This document shows, piece by piece, positions 1-14,280 of a stretch of DNA of 64,000 nucleotides. Below the pieces are notes generated by a model. That model saw only the letters and a list, made by a program, of their open reading frames with translations. It ran no database searches and was not told the origin of the DNA. Position 1 is the first letter of the stretch. Every line of letters begins with the position of its first letter. Source of the DNA: Octopus sinensis (Eukaryota); contig NC_043003.1 of the NCBI RefSeq assembly GCF_006345805.1, forward strand, positions 54,932,001 to 54,996,000. The letters run 5' to 3'. The translations under genes were made by a program, and so were the position numbers.

Positions 1-724
1 ACAACAACATAATCTGGGCTACACATATAAGCAGCAAAGTTGACATTGCCCGCAGAATGTGTTCTTGGATTCTCAAACCTTCCAGTCGAGAGATTCCCAC
101 ACCATTATCCTTCTCTTCTCCACTTTTGCCTGACCCCACCTTGAATACTGCTGTCCACTGTGGTCTCCCTACACGAAACAAAATATTATGAGAATTGAAG
201 CTCCCCAAATGTCAATCACTAAAAAGATAGATGGCATGTCAGATCTCGACTACTGGGGTCGACTAGAATAGCTGGAACTGTATTCACTCAAACGAGGCCG
301 TGAACGCTACATTATCTGTATGATGTGGAAAATATTCCATCAGCACTGTCCAAATGATGTTGGAATCACCTTCAAAATACATCCAAGACTTGGGCCCCGT
401 GTCATCCGTCCACAGCAAAAATCTAAATCGCATTTCACAACTACAACACGGCACAATTATTTCACCTCGATTGGACCCGTTCTCTCCAACATTACACCAG
501 GACACGTCAAAATAGAAACTGACTACACAAAATTCAAGAAGTCTTTAGACAAATTCCTTCAAACAGTCCCGGAAAAACCACCCACACACAGATATGTCTC
601 CACAAACAATAACTCTCTGTTCGAATGGGCCTTGGTGCTCAAATCCTGAATTGAAAGGCTTCGCCAGGTGGTGCTATTAATTTAGACATGGCCTGGGCCA
701 ATACTGGCAAAAACTTTTCTAAGT
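1..724 (+). mobile_element. 3' end of a CR1-group LINE (ORF2 C-terminus plus 3' UTR), runs off the window start
   Basis: Translation with frameshifts and stops gives NNIIWATHISSKVDIARRMCSWIL..HLEYCCPLWSPYTK..DYWGRLE*LELYSLKRGRERYIICMMWKIF..FKKSLDKFLQTVPEKP. These are the same C-terminal motifs as the LINE at 22711-25140. The element ends directly in a (TA)n run. Confidence 0.9.
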
Positions 725-995
725 TATATATATATATATATATATATATAGATAGATAGATAGACAGATACAGATATATAATAAATATTATCATAGATAC
801 GTATTATGATATTTTAATTTTCTAAAACAATATTTTTCTGTTTTTCTTTTCCTTATATCACTGATGTTCTAATCACACGAAATCCATCTTTGACATTTCC
901 CCTTCAAGAGATGGTAAATTAATTAGTAGTCCGTTTGTTTAAGTACATAAACGGAATTTTCGTGCCAATAATTATCTTATTTTATGAAATAGCAA

Positions 996-1210
996 GGTTG
1001 AGTGCTGGCAGAATCCTTAGCACGCCAGCCAAATTTTTTTAATGCATTTCATCCGTTTACACTCTGAGTTGAAATTCCGTTGAGGTCAACTTTGCCTTTC
1101 ACGATTTCGGGGTCGCTAAAATAAGTACCAGTTGAGTTCTGGGGTCTATGATATCGACTTTTTTCTCCCTCAAAATTGCTGGCCTTGAACCAAAATTTGA
1201 AATCAATAAT
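996..1210 (+). mobile_element. SINE family A copy (degenerate)
   Basis: Aligns to the well-preserved copy at 17520-17739 (..ctgagttgaaattccgttgaggtcaactttgcctttc..ttcggggtcg..ataagtaccagtt..ctggggtc). Confidence 0.8.
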
Positions 1211-1231
1211 TATCTTCTTTTATGGAAAAGC

Positions 1232-1447
1232 AAGGTGGCGAGCTTGCACAATCTTTAACATGCCTTATACAATGCATAGTGTTATTTTGTCCATCATTAC
1301 ATTCTGTCTTCAAATTCCACAGATTCTACTTTGCCTCTCCTCCTTTGGGGTGATTAAAGAAAACACCAATTGAGTACTGGGGTCGATGTAATGAATTTAG
1401 CCCCGTATTCTAAGATATCAGGCTTTGTACCTATAGCAGAAAAATAT
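1232..1447 (+). mobile_element. SINE family A copy (more degenerate), in tandem with the previous copy
   Basis: Has the aaggtggcgagct head, ttcaaattcc B-box-like motif, tactttgcct, gagtactggggtcgatgtaat and ggctttgtacctatagcagaaaa tail. Confidence 0.7.
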
Positions 1448-1713
1448 TTCATAGGATGCCAAACTATCGAGCTCCTACAAGCATTACAGAATAGGCAGTT
1501 TTGAAATCCTGTTTCTACATGTGAAAAATGGGGAAAAAAATTGAATAACTGAAGATCAACCATCAACCTCTACAAAGGTGAAACCGAGTTTTACTTTCGA
1601 AAACACATATTTTATGCACCTTTATATATTCATAAAGTGTAAACATTTTTTATAAAACAAGTAACTTCTACCATTTTCTAGCGTTAACTACATTGCTTTG
1701 TTTTATATTTTTG

Positions 1714-1793
1714 TCATTTTTGCAGATTGCTTGCTCTTAATACGCTTATAGACTGTAATAATGGATTTCTTTCATTTAATAATTCACGAAATC
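1714..1793 (-). CDS. Candidate terminal coding exon of an unidentified gene (GFRELLNERNPLLQSISVLRASNLQK*)
   Basis: Minus-strand acceptor tttcctttcctgcAG. Only the phase-1 frame stays open (to TGA at 1714-1716). It contains the acidic dileucine-type motif ERNPLL. No homology was recognised. Confidence 0.25.
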
Positions 1794-1810
1794 CTGCAGG
1801 AAGGAAATTC

Positions 1811-1815
<5 letters not shown>

Positions 1816-1851
<36 letters not shown>

Positions 1852-2160
1852 TAAGTAGGTAATTCTACGTGTAATGTATGCCTTTATGCACGAAGGCACA
1901 GCAGAAATACACACACACATACACACTCATATTTATATGCAGGCTGTATGCATTGACACACACACACACATATATATATATGCATATATATATACATATA
2001 CATATTCATATATATATACACACACACATATATATATACGCATGTATATACATATATACATATATATATTCACATATATATATACACACACATATGTATA
2101 TACACGTGTATATACACACACATACACACACACGCACACACATATATATATATTCACACA
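1816..2160. repeat. Compound (TA)n/(CA)n microsatellite
   Basis: Direct reading. It is the source of the IYIY/HTHT ORFs. Confidence 0.95.
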
Positions 2161-4361
2161 GGAATATAGGTTAGTAAATAGGTAGTTATAATTCATCACC
2201 GATATTACTTAATCTCTTTACTATTTTAATTTGTAGTTTGCAAAATTAATATCTCTCGCCTACTTGTAGTGGAGTGCTGAGTAGAAATAAAACTGTCCAT
2301 GCGGATCACAGGCTATAGACATCAAAGAAACTAGTAACGCAATTACTTGTAACATGCATTTCAATGTAATTCGAAGGGTATGAGTTCTATTTCCACTTGG
2401 ATGGATGGCTAGCTATTATCATATTTCTTTCTTTGAGTTTGTCTAATTATGAAGTCTCTTTCTCACATCGCCGTGTCCATTGCCAACCATAAATTTCACT
2501 CTTGCTGCCTCAGTGCACCTTGTTATAAATTCTTAATCTAGAACGCCTGTGCATGGAGATAGAGATATTGTAAAGCATTCAACTTCATACTCACATTCAA
2601 TTAACATTTGCTGTTGTTGTTCTTTTAGTGGTTTAACTCTAGTTCTGCCTTGATCGGGGGAATTTATGTTGAAAGATGCATGTCTGTCTATTTTTAAAAT
2701 ATTACAGTGTGGCTTGATGAAGATTTGGCTGCTCGCTTTAGTCAGTGGGGCAAATTCTAGGAAGCTTCCCCGTTTGTTGACTGTAACTGCGAGTGCTGTT
2801 GTAGTAGTTATTTCGCCCCAAGACAAACTATTATTGAAGGGCTCTAGCCGTTGCCAAGCTGTTTTCTTTTAATAGATATACAGATCAACATGAGATATAT
2901 TTTCTCTTACCATCAAATAAGATCCCAGACTGCAGATCTTATTGCCGTTTTAGAATTAGAATCGGGCAACTGGTTTCTTCGTCCTTTCGAATTATGAGGA
3001 TGTTCTTACCTATTCCTTCTTAATTGCTGAACATTAGTTTTAGAAAGCTTCTTGAGAAATATATATACCAAAGTTTTTGACACAACTTATTTATGAAATG
3101 TCGCAAAATTGATGGTCTGACATTTCTAGAGGAAAAAAAGTGCGTGGAATATCATTATCAGATATCTCCGCATTCATATCTATGTAATGATCGGAGGTGA
3201 TGGAGATGTTATTGTTGTTGGAGGAGATGATAATGATGATGATGGTAGTAGTGGTGACGCTGCTGCTGCTGATGGTAATGCTGGAGATGGCATCTTGAAT
3301 AACAATTACTGGGCGTCAGGTAGGATATCGCCATATCGGCACACACACACACACACACACAAAATCATTATTGACCGTGGCTAGCATACTAATCTATAAT
3401 GGAGGCAATATGAAGGAGAAAAAATATTGACTTTAATTAATGGTGTAGGTGATATTTGTACTGATGATGTGATTATCGATAAAAATTATTAACAGTAATT
3501 ATGGATTTTCAACATAAACATCACGCTACATATTTAGAAAAGGGAACGGTCCATTACATCACTTATTTAAGTAATTGACTCTTACTTTATTTTATTGATA
3601 ACGGAAGTTTGAAAGTCAAATCGATTTTTGGCAAGATTTTAACTCACTATGTAGCACAACGCAATGAAAGACCGTAAGTTATTTGATCCCCCGCTCAATA
3701 TATCTTATTCTAAGCTTTTGATTTTTAATTGAGAATAAATCTGCAAATGCTTTATATTGTCTGTAGAATGACAGCCGGTTAAATCAATTACATTACTTGA
3801 CTGTTAATTAAATCATCGCTTCCTCGTCCCCCCACCCCACACACAAAGAAAAAAGAATCGATGAAATGAATATCGATTAAACCAGGATTAAAATTCCGAA
3901 GGTAAAGCCATGCAACTAAATACAAGTAAGAGGGTGATGTGGTCGAGGAATAGAGTGGCTTGCAAATTTTAGCCTTCTTTGCTTGATTGTTTGCCTGATG
4001 AGCAGTAAAGATCCATATAGTGACTGTTTTTTTAAATATATAGTGGACATACGAGGTCTGAGTGTGAATGATTCTCCGTCAGGAGTACACACGAATGTGC
4101 TGTAGAAATCGCTTTTCTCAGAGTTGGCACGCGCAGCATTGTATTGTACAACCTAAAGAGAAATTTGCTCTCGAGTTGGAGTCGGCGTCCACTGGTGATA
4201 TAGCGTAGACTAAGATTGAAACAAAATAGCGAAATTTATATAATCCGTTAACTCGAATCAACTTTTAATTTAAGATCTTTCACGACTAACTTACAAATCC
4301 GATGTATATTTTGTGTTGAGGGTACAACAATTCAACTCAACTGGCATGTATTGTGTCAACC

Positions 4362-4727
4362 GTGGAGGCGCAATGGTCCAGTGGATAGGACAGCGGACTC
4401 GAAGTCGTGGGATCGCGGCTTCGATTCCCAGACCGGGCGTTGTGAGTGTTTATTGAGCGAAAACACCTAAAGATTCACAAGGCTCCAGCAAGGGGTGGTG
4501 ACGAACTCTGCTGTACTCTTTCCCCACAACTTTCTTTCACTCTTTCTTCCTATTTCTGTTGTACCTGTATTTCAAAGGGCCACTGTTACGCTGTATCTCC
4601 TCGAGAACTACGTTAAGAGTACACGTATCTGTGGAGTGCTCAGGCACGTACACGTTAATTTCACAAACAGGCTGTTCCTTTGATCAAATCAACTGGAACC
4701 CTCGTCGTCGTAACCGACGGAGTGCCA
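4362..4727 (+). mobile_element. tRNA-derived SINE family B, full length, with 13-bp target-site duplication
   Basis: tRNA-like head ggaggcgcaatggtccagtggataggacagcggactcg..ggcttcgattcccagacc with A and B boxes. The TSD tattgtgtcaacc lies at 4349-4361 and 4728-4740. It resembles the octopus tRNA-Arg-related (OR-type) SINEs; the family name was not verified. Confidence 0.9.
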
Positions 4728-4939
4728 TATTGTGTCAACCACAGGAGACTGAATCACAAAGTAATCCGAGGTGGGATTTGAACCTAGGACAGACATGAGG
4801 GTAACTCTCTGCTTCAAACTAATTAGACAGCTGCCCTATGTATTGTATCACTCTACTGGGGTTGTTAAGAAAATATGCTGGTATTTCATCAGGATTTAGA
4901 ATTGTTTACACTTTGTTATATATTGGTTTCAAATGTTTA

Positions 4940-5095
4940 TAGAAACCCAGCAATTCTAGGGGAGCAGGAAGTCGATTACATCGATCACAATATTCACCTG
5001 GTACTTATTTTATCCACACTTAAATAAGAAAAGGCAAAGTCGACAAATGTGGAATTTGAACTTAGAACGTAAACACAAGCGAAATTCTGCTAAGT
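4940..5095 (-). mobile_element. SINE family A fragment
   Basis: Reverse complement of the family A core (gtcgattacatcga..ctggtacttatttt..aaaggcaaagtcgac..ggaatttgaacttagaacgtaa). Confidence 0.75.
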
Positions 5096-5642
5096 TGAAT
5101 CGGTGTCAATGTTTCGAATAACTCGTGAGTTTATGGTTGCTCAATAAAGTCTACCAAAAACAGAAAATAAAAGCAAAAGTAAAAGAAAAGAAGAGGGTAG
5201 TTGCGAAATGAAGGATTGTGATTAAGGACTCTAAAACTTCACTGTACTCTAGTACTTTACTGTGCTAAAGTTTCTTTGATTCCTGATCCCCAGATGGAAG
5301 AACACCTTAGTCGATGACGGTAGGGTTGAAACTTAAGACGTAAAAGAAACACAATTAAATAATGACTGAGATAAGATAAGTAATTTCTGATTTTTTATTA
5401 TTTTCTTTCTATTTGTATTACAATATCACGTTGTACTATTGCATCCGCTTTGGGAGTAAATATCGACGTAGTTGCTGCTGAAGTTGATAGTGTGTGAAAC
5501 ATAGCCAGTTGGCTGGTAACTTTTTCTTCAAGAAATTTGTCCACAACTTTGACCCGTTTGTGATTGAGGTTGCTAATAAAATATCTGGATACTGTTTGGT
5601 GCTTTCACAGTTAATATTCTTTTCTTCTCTGTTTGGATTCAA

Positions 5643-5947
5643 TTCTTTTACTTGCTTCAGTCATCTGACAGCGGCAATCCTGGAGCAACATCTTTAGTTG
5701 AACAAGTCGACCCCATGATTTAAGTACTTATTGTATCGGCCTCTTTTGCCGAACCGCTAATTTACGGGGACGTAAAGACACCACCATCGGTTGTCAAGCG
5801 ATGGTGGGGGATAAACACAGACCCACACACAAATACATAATACAAACATATATATATATATAAGACGGGCTTCTTTCAGTTTCCATCTATCTAATCAACT
5901 CACAAGGCTTTGGTCGGCTCGAGGATATAGAAGACACTTGACCAAGG
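5643..5947 (-). mobile_element. SINE family C copy (5'-truncated)
   Basis: Matches the reverse complement of 26244-26653 (ttttgccgaaccgctaa..ggggacgtaaa..ggttgtcaagcgatg..gacgggcttctttcagtttcc). Confidence 0.88.
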
Positions 5948-6703
5948 TAGTGAATATTTTAAAAACCTATTTTGTATCTCACAGTAAAAAATGTAAATAT
6001 TACTTATTACGAAATATTTTGTCTCAGTTACCTATTCTGACGTTATTTATTATTCTCCGGTTATTAATTATTCCAAGATGTCACAGATATCCAAGTAAGC
6101 TATTTATGTTAGTGACGAAATGCTAAAATTTTTCTGGTATATTGGTGTTTACAATTTTTACAAAATTCCACTATAGTTCTATCAATATATCTGTCATTTA
6201 TTATATGTCTACAATAATACATATTTCTACTATCTTTCACAGAGTTCATATTTCACGTCATATTTTTATTGTTATAATATTTCTATCGCATTCCGTATAC
6301 CAATTTACCTATTCCTTTTTTGTAGTTCTATAGATATTTCAGATAATTCAGCGGGGAAATGTCTGGGCAGAAGTAAGCATCAACTCATCAGTCTAATGAA
6401 GCCTCATAGTCACGTCCTTCCAACTATTTTTATGGCTTTGTCGGAGGAGAGATAGCAACGTTTACGACTCTTCGTGGCCTTTGTGGTGGGTTAGAGGAAC
6501 GGAAGTCGGTTTGCTCATACTGAAGACATGGTACAAATATTTGCGAGAAAGTAGATACTATTAAACGGTTATTGAAAATATAGCAGATTAAATAAAACAA
6601 TTTATGAAATATCACTGATGTTTCTTCTCCGATTAGAATGTTGAACGACTACATAGATACTCCTTTCTTTGGTTGATGTTGTTTTAGTGGTGAATTTAAA
6701 TAT

Positions 6704-6890
6704 GGGGAGAGTTTACGAAAAAAGCAAAAGACGAAGATAGGTGTTGTACAAAACAAACAGATGTAGTAGTATAACGCTCAGGAATAGAAGAAGTCTTTTA
6801 CTTTCGAGCCTACGCTCTTCTACAGAAAGGGACGCAGAAAAAGAAACAAGGAGAGAAAAATGTGTGTAGTGGCTAACAATATATCATGGC
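6704..6890 (-). mobile_element. Penelope-like element terminus, same family as 44358-44543
   Basis: Near-colinear reverse complement of 44358-44543. It carries the hammerhead-like motif at 6795-6829. Confidence 0.7.
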
Positions 6891-8189
6891 AACTCGTGTG
6901 GGTCTTTAGTTGTGGAATTTCACAGGGCTTCCACGTTATTTTCATCAAGATGTTTGAATAACACCGGATTTGGTTGACCAGAGTTTATTGAAGAATCCTG
7001 AGTTTATTGAAGAGTCTATCAGCAACATTAATTAACTGTTATTTCATTCAGGAGAAAATGTTTGAGCATTATTCTTTCTTAAGATTTTAATATGATTTCA
7101 ACAAATTTGAACACGCAACGTTCAGAACACTCAATTCAGACCATTTTAACGATTCTACCATATAAGAAAATTTCTATCGTATTTTTACCCCTAGTACAAG
7201 TACGCTTAATCAGTGACCAATGATACCTTTTGCAATATTTTGCAGTTCAATCCTAAGTTTAACCAGCAATAAATTTAATTTGACTTTCAAATTATAGATT
7301 TATTAATAAACACAATATACGTGTGTGTGTGTGTGTGTGTGTGTGTATGTATAACAATATGTATACATGTATGTGTGTGTGTGTAGATGCGTGTATATTT
7401 GTAAGTATTTGTGTATGCGCTCTATTTATTATTTCAGTTGTCGTAGTAGCTCTTGTTGAAGATGCAGTGGTAGTGGTAGTGATAGTCGTAGTGGTAGTAG
7501 TCGTAGTAGTAGAATGAATAGTATTCGCAGTAGTAGTAGTAGTAATGGTTGTTGGTTTTGTTATTGTAAATATTAATGTCGTGTCTGGCTTATTTTTTCC
7601 CCTTCTTTTGATCTCTATGTCAATATACAATAAAATATGATTAAATAAGTAATGTTTAGGATATTGGTTTTATTTTTATGTGTTTCGTCTTAAGTTGTTT
7701 CTGTCGTTGACGATGTTGATTTTAGCCTTGCTGTTGTTGTTGTTGTTGTTGTTATTTTTGTTGGGTGTTCATGTTGATGTTATTGTTTCTGTTGTTGTTT
7801 CGCTGCGTATACGGTTACTGCAGTGACATTTTTTATTTCTGTTTTCCTCTTTCTTTCTCACTGTCTCCCCTTCTTTCTTTCTTTCTTTCTTTCTTTCTTT
7901 CGTCAAGAGAGTAAAGAAAGAAGGAGCAACATAGAGAAGAAGAAGAAGAAGAAGAGGGTGATCAGAATACTTTCATGTAATAATTTCCTTCAAAATTGAA
8001 TAAAATGTCTTATGAATGAATATATTCTCTCTTAAGATTTTAATATGATTTTAACAAATTGAAAACTCACTTTACAAACCAACTGAAATTCTAGGAAATA
8101 TGAAAATATGAAATATGGGATATGAGACACGAAATAAGAGACTATATTCTAGGAAATTTATTATTAATATAATATTATTGCAGGTGTTG

Positions 8190-8345
<156 letters not shown>

Positions 8346-9099
8346 AATACTGACAACTCTTGACTAAGTCAAATGTGCTGGTCTGGTTTCTTTAAATTCG
8401 GGAGAAACATTTTACAGCTTAGTAGATAATGTTGGCTTTTCTCATCTAAAATTATATGAGTTCAATTCCTTGTAATAAATCGTTTCTAGAAGAAATTTAG
8501 TTGGGGTAATAGGACATTTTGATAATAGTCATGTATGTATTGCTAATATTATTTTATGACTGTATCAAATATTTTCATATTTTACTAAATCCTGTGTAAT
8601 TTTTGTGTTTATATCTCAAGATATACAAACACGAACGTGTGGTGTTGGGACTTGTACTTGTAATCAGGAATTACAAGTTCTAAAGTCATAGAAATGGAGT
8701 TCTAAGATACCTCCTCATTACACTTCAATGTTTCTCTTTATGTCAAGTAGGTTTTGATCCGTTAAGTTTCTGTAATCAATTCGATTTTTACAGGGGTTGA
8801 TGATTAGTCATCCATCAATCCTGGAGGATCTTTCTGAGATATCTATTACCCCTTTAGTTTAGCTAGCGTCCAACCTCTAGCGAGTAGACTACGGGTTCGC
8901 TTCCGTGAGGTAGTCCTTCCATAGGCTTGGTTAAACGGTACCTTTGTAGCATGGTTGGACCTTCAAGGACATACACCCCGCTGCCATTACTACCGGAGAA
9001 CAATTGCCACTGTTACACCACTATGTCGTAATGAAGTAGGTTTCCACTAAATCTTGTCTGAAACGCTGTTCATAGACCTTGTATGTATACATATACACG

Positions 9100-9930
9100 G
9101 AAATGATGCAGATTTGTACAAAAAAAATGTAAGGCACTAATATATAATGTCAGACAACAATCTCATGAGAGAATCGGCGGAAAGGAGATGGAAGACATCA
9201 AAATAATTTTACTTCGGTACGACAGTCAAGAAAGACGAAAGGGGAACAGACGACATAAAGAACAGAATATCCCAAGAATGGAGAACATTCTACCACCTAA
9301 AAGAATGGTATAGAGAAGCAAAAGTATTAACTACAGAACGAAGATGAAGCTGTTCAAGGCATCCGTCCGACCAATATTTCTCTACTGATGTGAAAAATAG
9401 AAATTGAAAAAAATAGAATATAAATGCAATGTACTATTTCCGACTCACATACTTAAGGAGAATACTCAACACCAAGTGGCTGCAAAGGGTCCGAAGCGAC
9501 ACGAGTGAAATAACGGGCATTAACAGAATCAGTGACAAAATAAGACACAGACGCTGAAACTGGATCGGACCCGTCCTCGGACAAGATCGTGAAAGCGTTG
9601 TAATGGTGACACCAACGTGGCAGTTTTAGGGGACAAGTTCAGCAGGGCGTCCTGAAACAACATAGCGAGAGATTATTCTTTTCTACACTAGGCACAAGGC
9701 CCAAATTTTTTGGGGAGGGGGACCAATCGTTTAAATCGACCCCAATACACAACTAGTACTTAATTTATCGACTCCGAAAGGATGAAAGCCAAAGTCGACC
9801 TCAGCGGAATTTGAACTCAGAACGTAAAGGCAGACGAAAATGGTGTGGGATTATTGACAAGGAAAGGAGACGAGAAGGGTGGAGAAACTGGAATGAGATG
9901 AATAAAACGGAGGAAAAACGGGCACTGAGA
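9100..9930 (+). mobile_element. RTE-clade LINE 3' coding fragment, interrupted by a SINE
   Basis: Decayed translation reads ..DDIKNRISQEWRTF..RTKMKLFKASVRPIFLY..YLRRILNTKWLQRVRSD..ISDKIRHRR*NWIGPVLGQDRE..GRPETT*REII and resumes after the SINE with ..IIDKERRREGWRNWNEM. This is the typical RTE ORF C-terminus. Confidence 0.8.
9678..9838 (-). mobile_element. SINE family A 3' portion inserted in the RTE fragment
   Basis: Sequence tttctacactaggcacaaggcc..aaatcgacccc..tacttaatttatcgactccgaaaggatgaaagccaaagtcgacctc..gaactcagaacgtaa. It is flanked by an imperfect duplication (..gagagattatt / ..gtgggattatt). Confidence 0.9.
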
Positions 9931-10419
9931 AAGCTAACTTTCGGTAAACTCCAAAGCAGATTCAATTAAAATACCTTCACTCGCTCTGAACGCAGTCTAA
10001 ATACTATGTCAAAGTTTCCGCTGATTTCATTACTTGAACGTTTAACAGCCTGTCCTTTCACCAAAGTACGTATTTAGATATATTTCATTAGCTCAGCTCC
10101 ATGAAGTAAACGTAACTGTCATCATAAAAATATTTACCAGCAAATATAAACTGTAAAAACTGTAAAAGAATATAAAATATTTATTATATGGATATACAGA
10201 TACATGAAGATTTAAATAAGGAAAATTTTCATAGTGTATTCACGTATCCGACACGATATCCTGAAACTTCACATTTTTTATTTTCTTATTGGTTGACACA
10301 CATATAATGGCTGATTTTATATCAAATATCTATTTTTCTATTTCTGCTTTGTTGACAATATCAAACCTGAAGTAAAGTTGAACAATGACAACAAGCAAAT
10401 TATATTAACGCTATTCGTC

Positions 10420-10720
10420 TTCTGCCAGATATACACCGATATACCTTTCTTAAAATGGTGTTCATACATCTTGTATGTGAAAATATACACCAAACTGGAT
10501 AGTAAAATACGTCAGCTGAATCAATGCTGTTTTTCTAATCATCCGAGATTTTGTACTCCACTATTATGTTGGATGTTAAAGAAATTTATACCGTGCGCCA
10601 ACTGCTAGATTATGTCAGTGTAACCAAAATGCTCGACTGCAATCTACTGCCAGGCCAAGATATGCATTCCTGTTAGTTACTCCTTGAAATACTTGATGTC
10701 CGTTCAGTTACAGGTCAATC
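10420..10720 (+). mobile_element. Possible very old L2/Crack-like LINE 3' remnant
   Basis: EILYSTIMLDVKEIYTVRQLLDYV..NLLP resembles the LKILxxxDIYxxQLxxFMYK..NLLP C-terminal motif. The match is weak. Confidence 0.3.
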
Positions 10721-11814
10721 GTGATGAAAGGCATGTAGCATCATATTTCGTAAAATGAGATACGGGATTCCAATTCTCGTATTATTTTTACACACACACA
10801 CGCGCGCGCATACAAACACACACAAATAAATATTGTGCAAATAATAATAATATTTAGAAACCATCGCCATGTATTGACTAAAAGAAATAGTCTAATTTTA
10901 GGACGTGTAGACTACATTCCTTAGATTGGACTTTTCCCCAAGAAAAATGTACATAGTTTACATAGTTTTAATATTTTAAAAATATATTTTATATGTGAAA
11001 GTATATTGTTTGTCGACTAGTTTTGCCTTCGCTAATCCATGACTTTGAAATTATTGTAATTTTGTATTTTCTTAAGATTTTAGTCCATGTTCTGTATGGC
11101 AGGATTCATGAATGAAATGAATGAGGCAGAAAAATATAATGGGAAGTAATTGGTGATCGTTATTATGCGAGACAGGGGAGTTAATTCCTCACTTTTGGGG
11201 GAAGGGGTAAATAAATATACAACTCAAAAGTTAAGTTATTGTGATGAAATATTTACAATGATATCTATGTGAACATGAATTGAAATATATACTGAAATCA
11301 AAATTTGCTATGCGTTCATATTTAGGCGTGTTCTGTATTTTTCGATAAATAATATTTCTTTATTTAAACATTCTTGTACAGAAATTGTTTCTTTTTGACT
11401 GATAGATGGGGAAATCTGTAAAGTTTGGTTGGATATTCCCTGCATATCTCTCTATATGTTCACTCAAAGAAATCTGTCTGTCATGTGGCAAACGGATCTG
11501 TTCCTTATGTAATAAATATTTCATCTCAATACTTAAGCTTTTGAGCTTTTGTATATTTATTAATCTCCTCCCCACAAAATGAGCAGCTATCTCCCGGGTC
11601 CCGAATAGTAACGGTCACCAATTACCTCCCCTTTTATCTTTTTAACTGTTGATTCATTTTATTCACAAACCCGTACTCAACATGGACTAAAATCTTCTTA
11701 AGAAAATACGAAATTACAATAATTTCAATGTCATGATTAACGAAACAAAAACCGGTTAAGAAATAATATATTTCACATATAAAACATGTAAACTGTGTAC
11801 ATTTTTCTTCCTTT

Positions 11815-11865
<51 letters not shown>

Positions 11866-12671
11866 TTTGCATTGCAATTCACCACGTGGAGATAATCGAA
11901 ATTCTCCCCCTCCATTTTCTTACTATATATATATATATATATAATTTTCAATGAAGTTATAAAAATACTGCACAAGTAACGATGAAGGTCAAAATGTTTA
12001 TCACTATCTAATTTCTCGTACGTGTGTCACTAATTCTACAAATGGGCATAATTCATATCACTCAGACATCTTAAAACCATTCTCATTAAAATATGAGAAG
12101 CAAGAAGCAAAAAGTCAGATGTGTTCCTCTTGCCAAATACAAATACGAGGTATGAAATTAGAGGATTATAAACCGATTCCTGGTCAGCACTGCTGCTAAA
12201 GAACAATATTTCGAATAATATAATTTGATAAAACTAGTGCACCACCGCATTAGAATGTTAATGACTGGAAAATGTTTTTAAAATGTAATAAATTAATTTG
12301 TCCTGGGGCGTTTTCAGGCACTGTAATTAGTAAAAGTACGATGAATTTCTGTAAAAAAAAAAACCCCAAAAACCCAAAAATGTATTCGCTGACAAAATGT
12401 CCTGTCGCAAATGATGAACTTTACACTTTCTCACGCCAAAACAATTTATTCCATTCTCACCTGTATATATTCTGAAAATCTATGTTCATAAGCATAAAAT
12501 AACTGATGATACCAATTAAAAGGCCAACAATCCACAAATTCAAATCTCCTACATATATTTATGACATTAGAAGTATTATAACAAACACACTCAGTCATTT
12601 CCTACACATATGACTCGGTATTGTGGAATGTGTAAGTGAACACATTCGTCTATTTGTTGACATATTCGTGT

Positions 12672-12732
<61 letters not shown>

Positions 12733-13084
12733 GATACACAAATGCATATCTATAAAGAAAGACACGTATGCTCAGGCACACATACTCTCGCTCACAGAAT
12801 CATAGAAATCCATGCATGGGTTGGATTGTTTTTAGTATTATATATTATGTATTTATTTCGATGATTGCTACCTACATACATGCGCACATGCGTATATGCA
12901 ATCTTGTGACCATACAGAAATTGATTGACTCACACAAATACTCATTCAATCAATTTATATGAAATATTTCTATGTATTTGTGAGTAAGTGTCAAGCTGTC
13001 TATCAATTTTCTCGTCTGAATATAAATGTGTAGACGTAGACTACAGATTCAGAGGTAAATATTGCTGTAGATTTATGAATATAT

Positions 13085-13121
13085 GTACGTGCTGTCACAT
13101 ACATATATATATATACGCACA

Positions 13122-13172
<51 letters not shown>

Positions 13173-13403
13173 ATGTGTGTGTGCTTATGTATATATTTGT
13201 AAGGAGATATAAATACATATACATAGATGTGTATATATATATAATATATATATACATATTTATGTTTATATATATGAATATATGTACGTATATATATATA
13301 TATAAATACAAACGTACGTACGTATATATATGTATACATATCTATATATATATAATATATATGTATACATATGTATATATATATATATATTATAATATAT
13401 ATA

Positions 13404-13437
<34 letters not shown>

Positions 13438-13799
13438 AATGTATGTATGTATGCATATGTATATATATATATATATACATACATATTCGTATGAATGATA
13501 TCATCAGTATAAGTGATTGGAGGGACAGTTGTCTGTCGTCAATAGCAATGGAACGCGACTATACCGATACGCTCGTATTCCCTCTGCTTTTCTCTCGTTC
13601 TCTCTTTTGATTCTGTCTCCATCCTGCAGGTCTTTCACTTTCTTGTTCCTAACCAACAAACACTGAAGTGTACTATTGTAAAAACACATTTGTAGATAAT
13701 AAACAATATATGCATAAGAGGACGCGTCATATTTAGACATATGTATAATTACACGCATGCAGACACACACATACACACATATGCGTATTCATATATATA

Positions 13800-13847
<48 letters not shown>

Positions 13848-14134
13848 TGTAACTGTGTATATTAGTCTGTATATTTGTATATATATATGTGTGTGTGTGT
13901 ATATATATATGTGTGTGTATATATATACATATATATTATATATAATATATATATGTATTTATATATATGTATATATATATATATGTGTGTATATATGGAT
14001 GTATATATATATGTATATATACATATTTATCTCTCTCACTATATATATACATATATATATGTATATTTGTGTATATAATTTATATCTAAATTTATCTATA
14101 TGCGTGTATATTGATAAAAGTATATATAAATACG

Positions 14135-14219
<85 letters not shown>

Positions 14220-14280
14220 CATCTGTATGTTTGTGCATGTGTATGTGTAAGTGTGCGTTTGTGTGTGTATGTGTGTGGTT
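13085..14280. repeat. Large compound (TA)/(TG)/(TATG) microsatellite cluster around a ~250-bp unique island (13495-13745)
   Basis: Direct reading. Confidence 0.9.

Noticed and set aside
3010-3125. Minus-strand segment with a strong acceptor and a GTAAGA donor
   Set aside because: All three frames contain stops. It is kept only as evidence that pseudo-exons arise by chance here, though it could be a non-coding exon.
3994-4030. CTGATGAG followed by a CAGT..ACTG stem as a possible hammerhead
   Set aside because: There is no GAAA after the stem and no stem I/III partners.
13504-13776. Unique island with a possible 84-nt minus-strand exon (NKKVKDLQDGDRIKRENERKAEGIRAY) or a plus-strand acceptor
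   Set aside because: The splice sites are weak, it reads equally well on either strand, and its phase is incompatible with the other minus-strand candidates.
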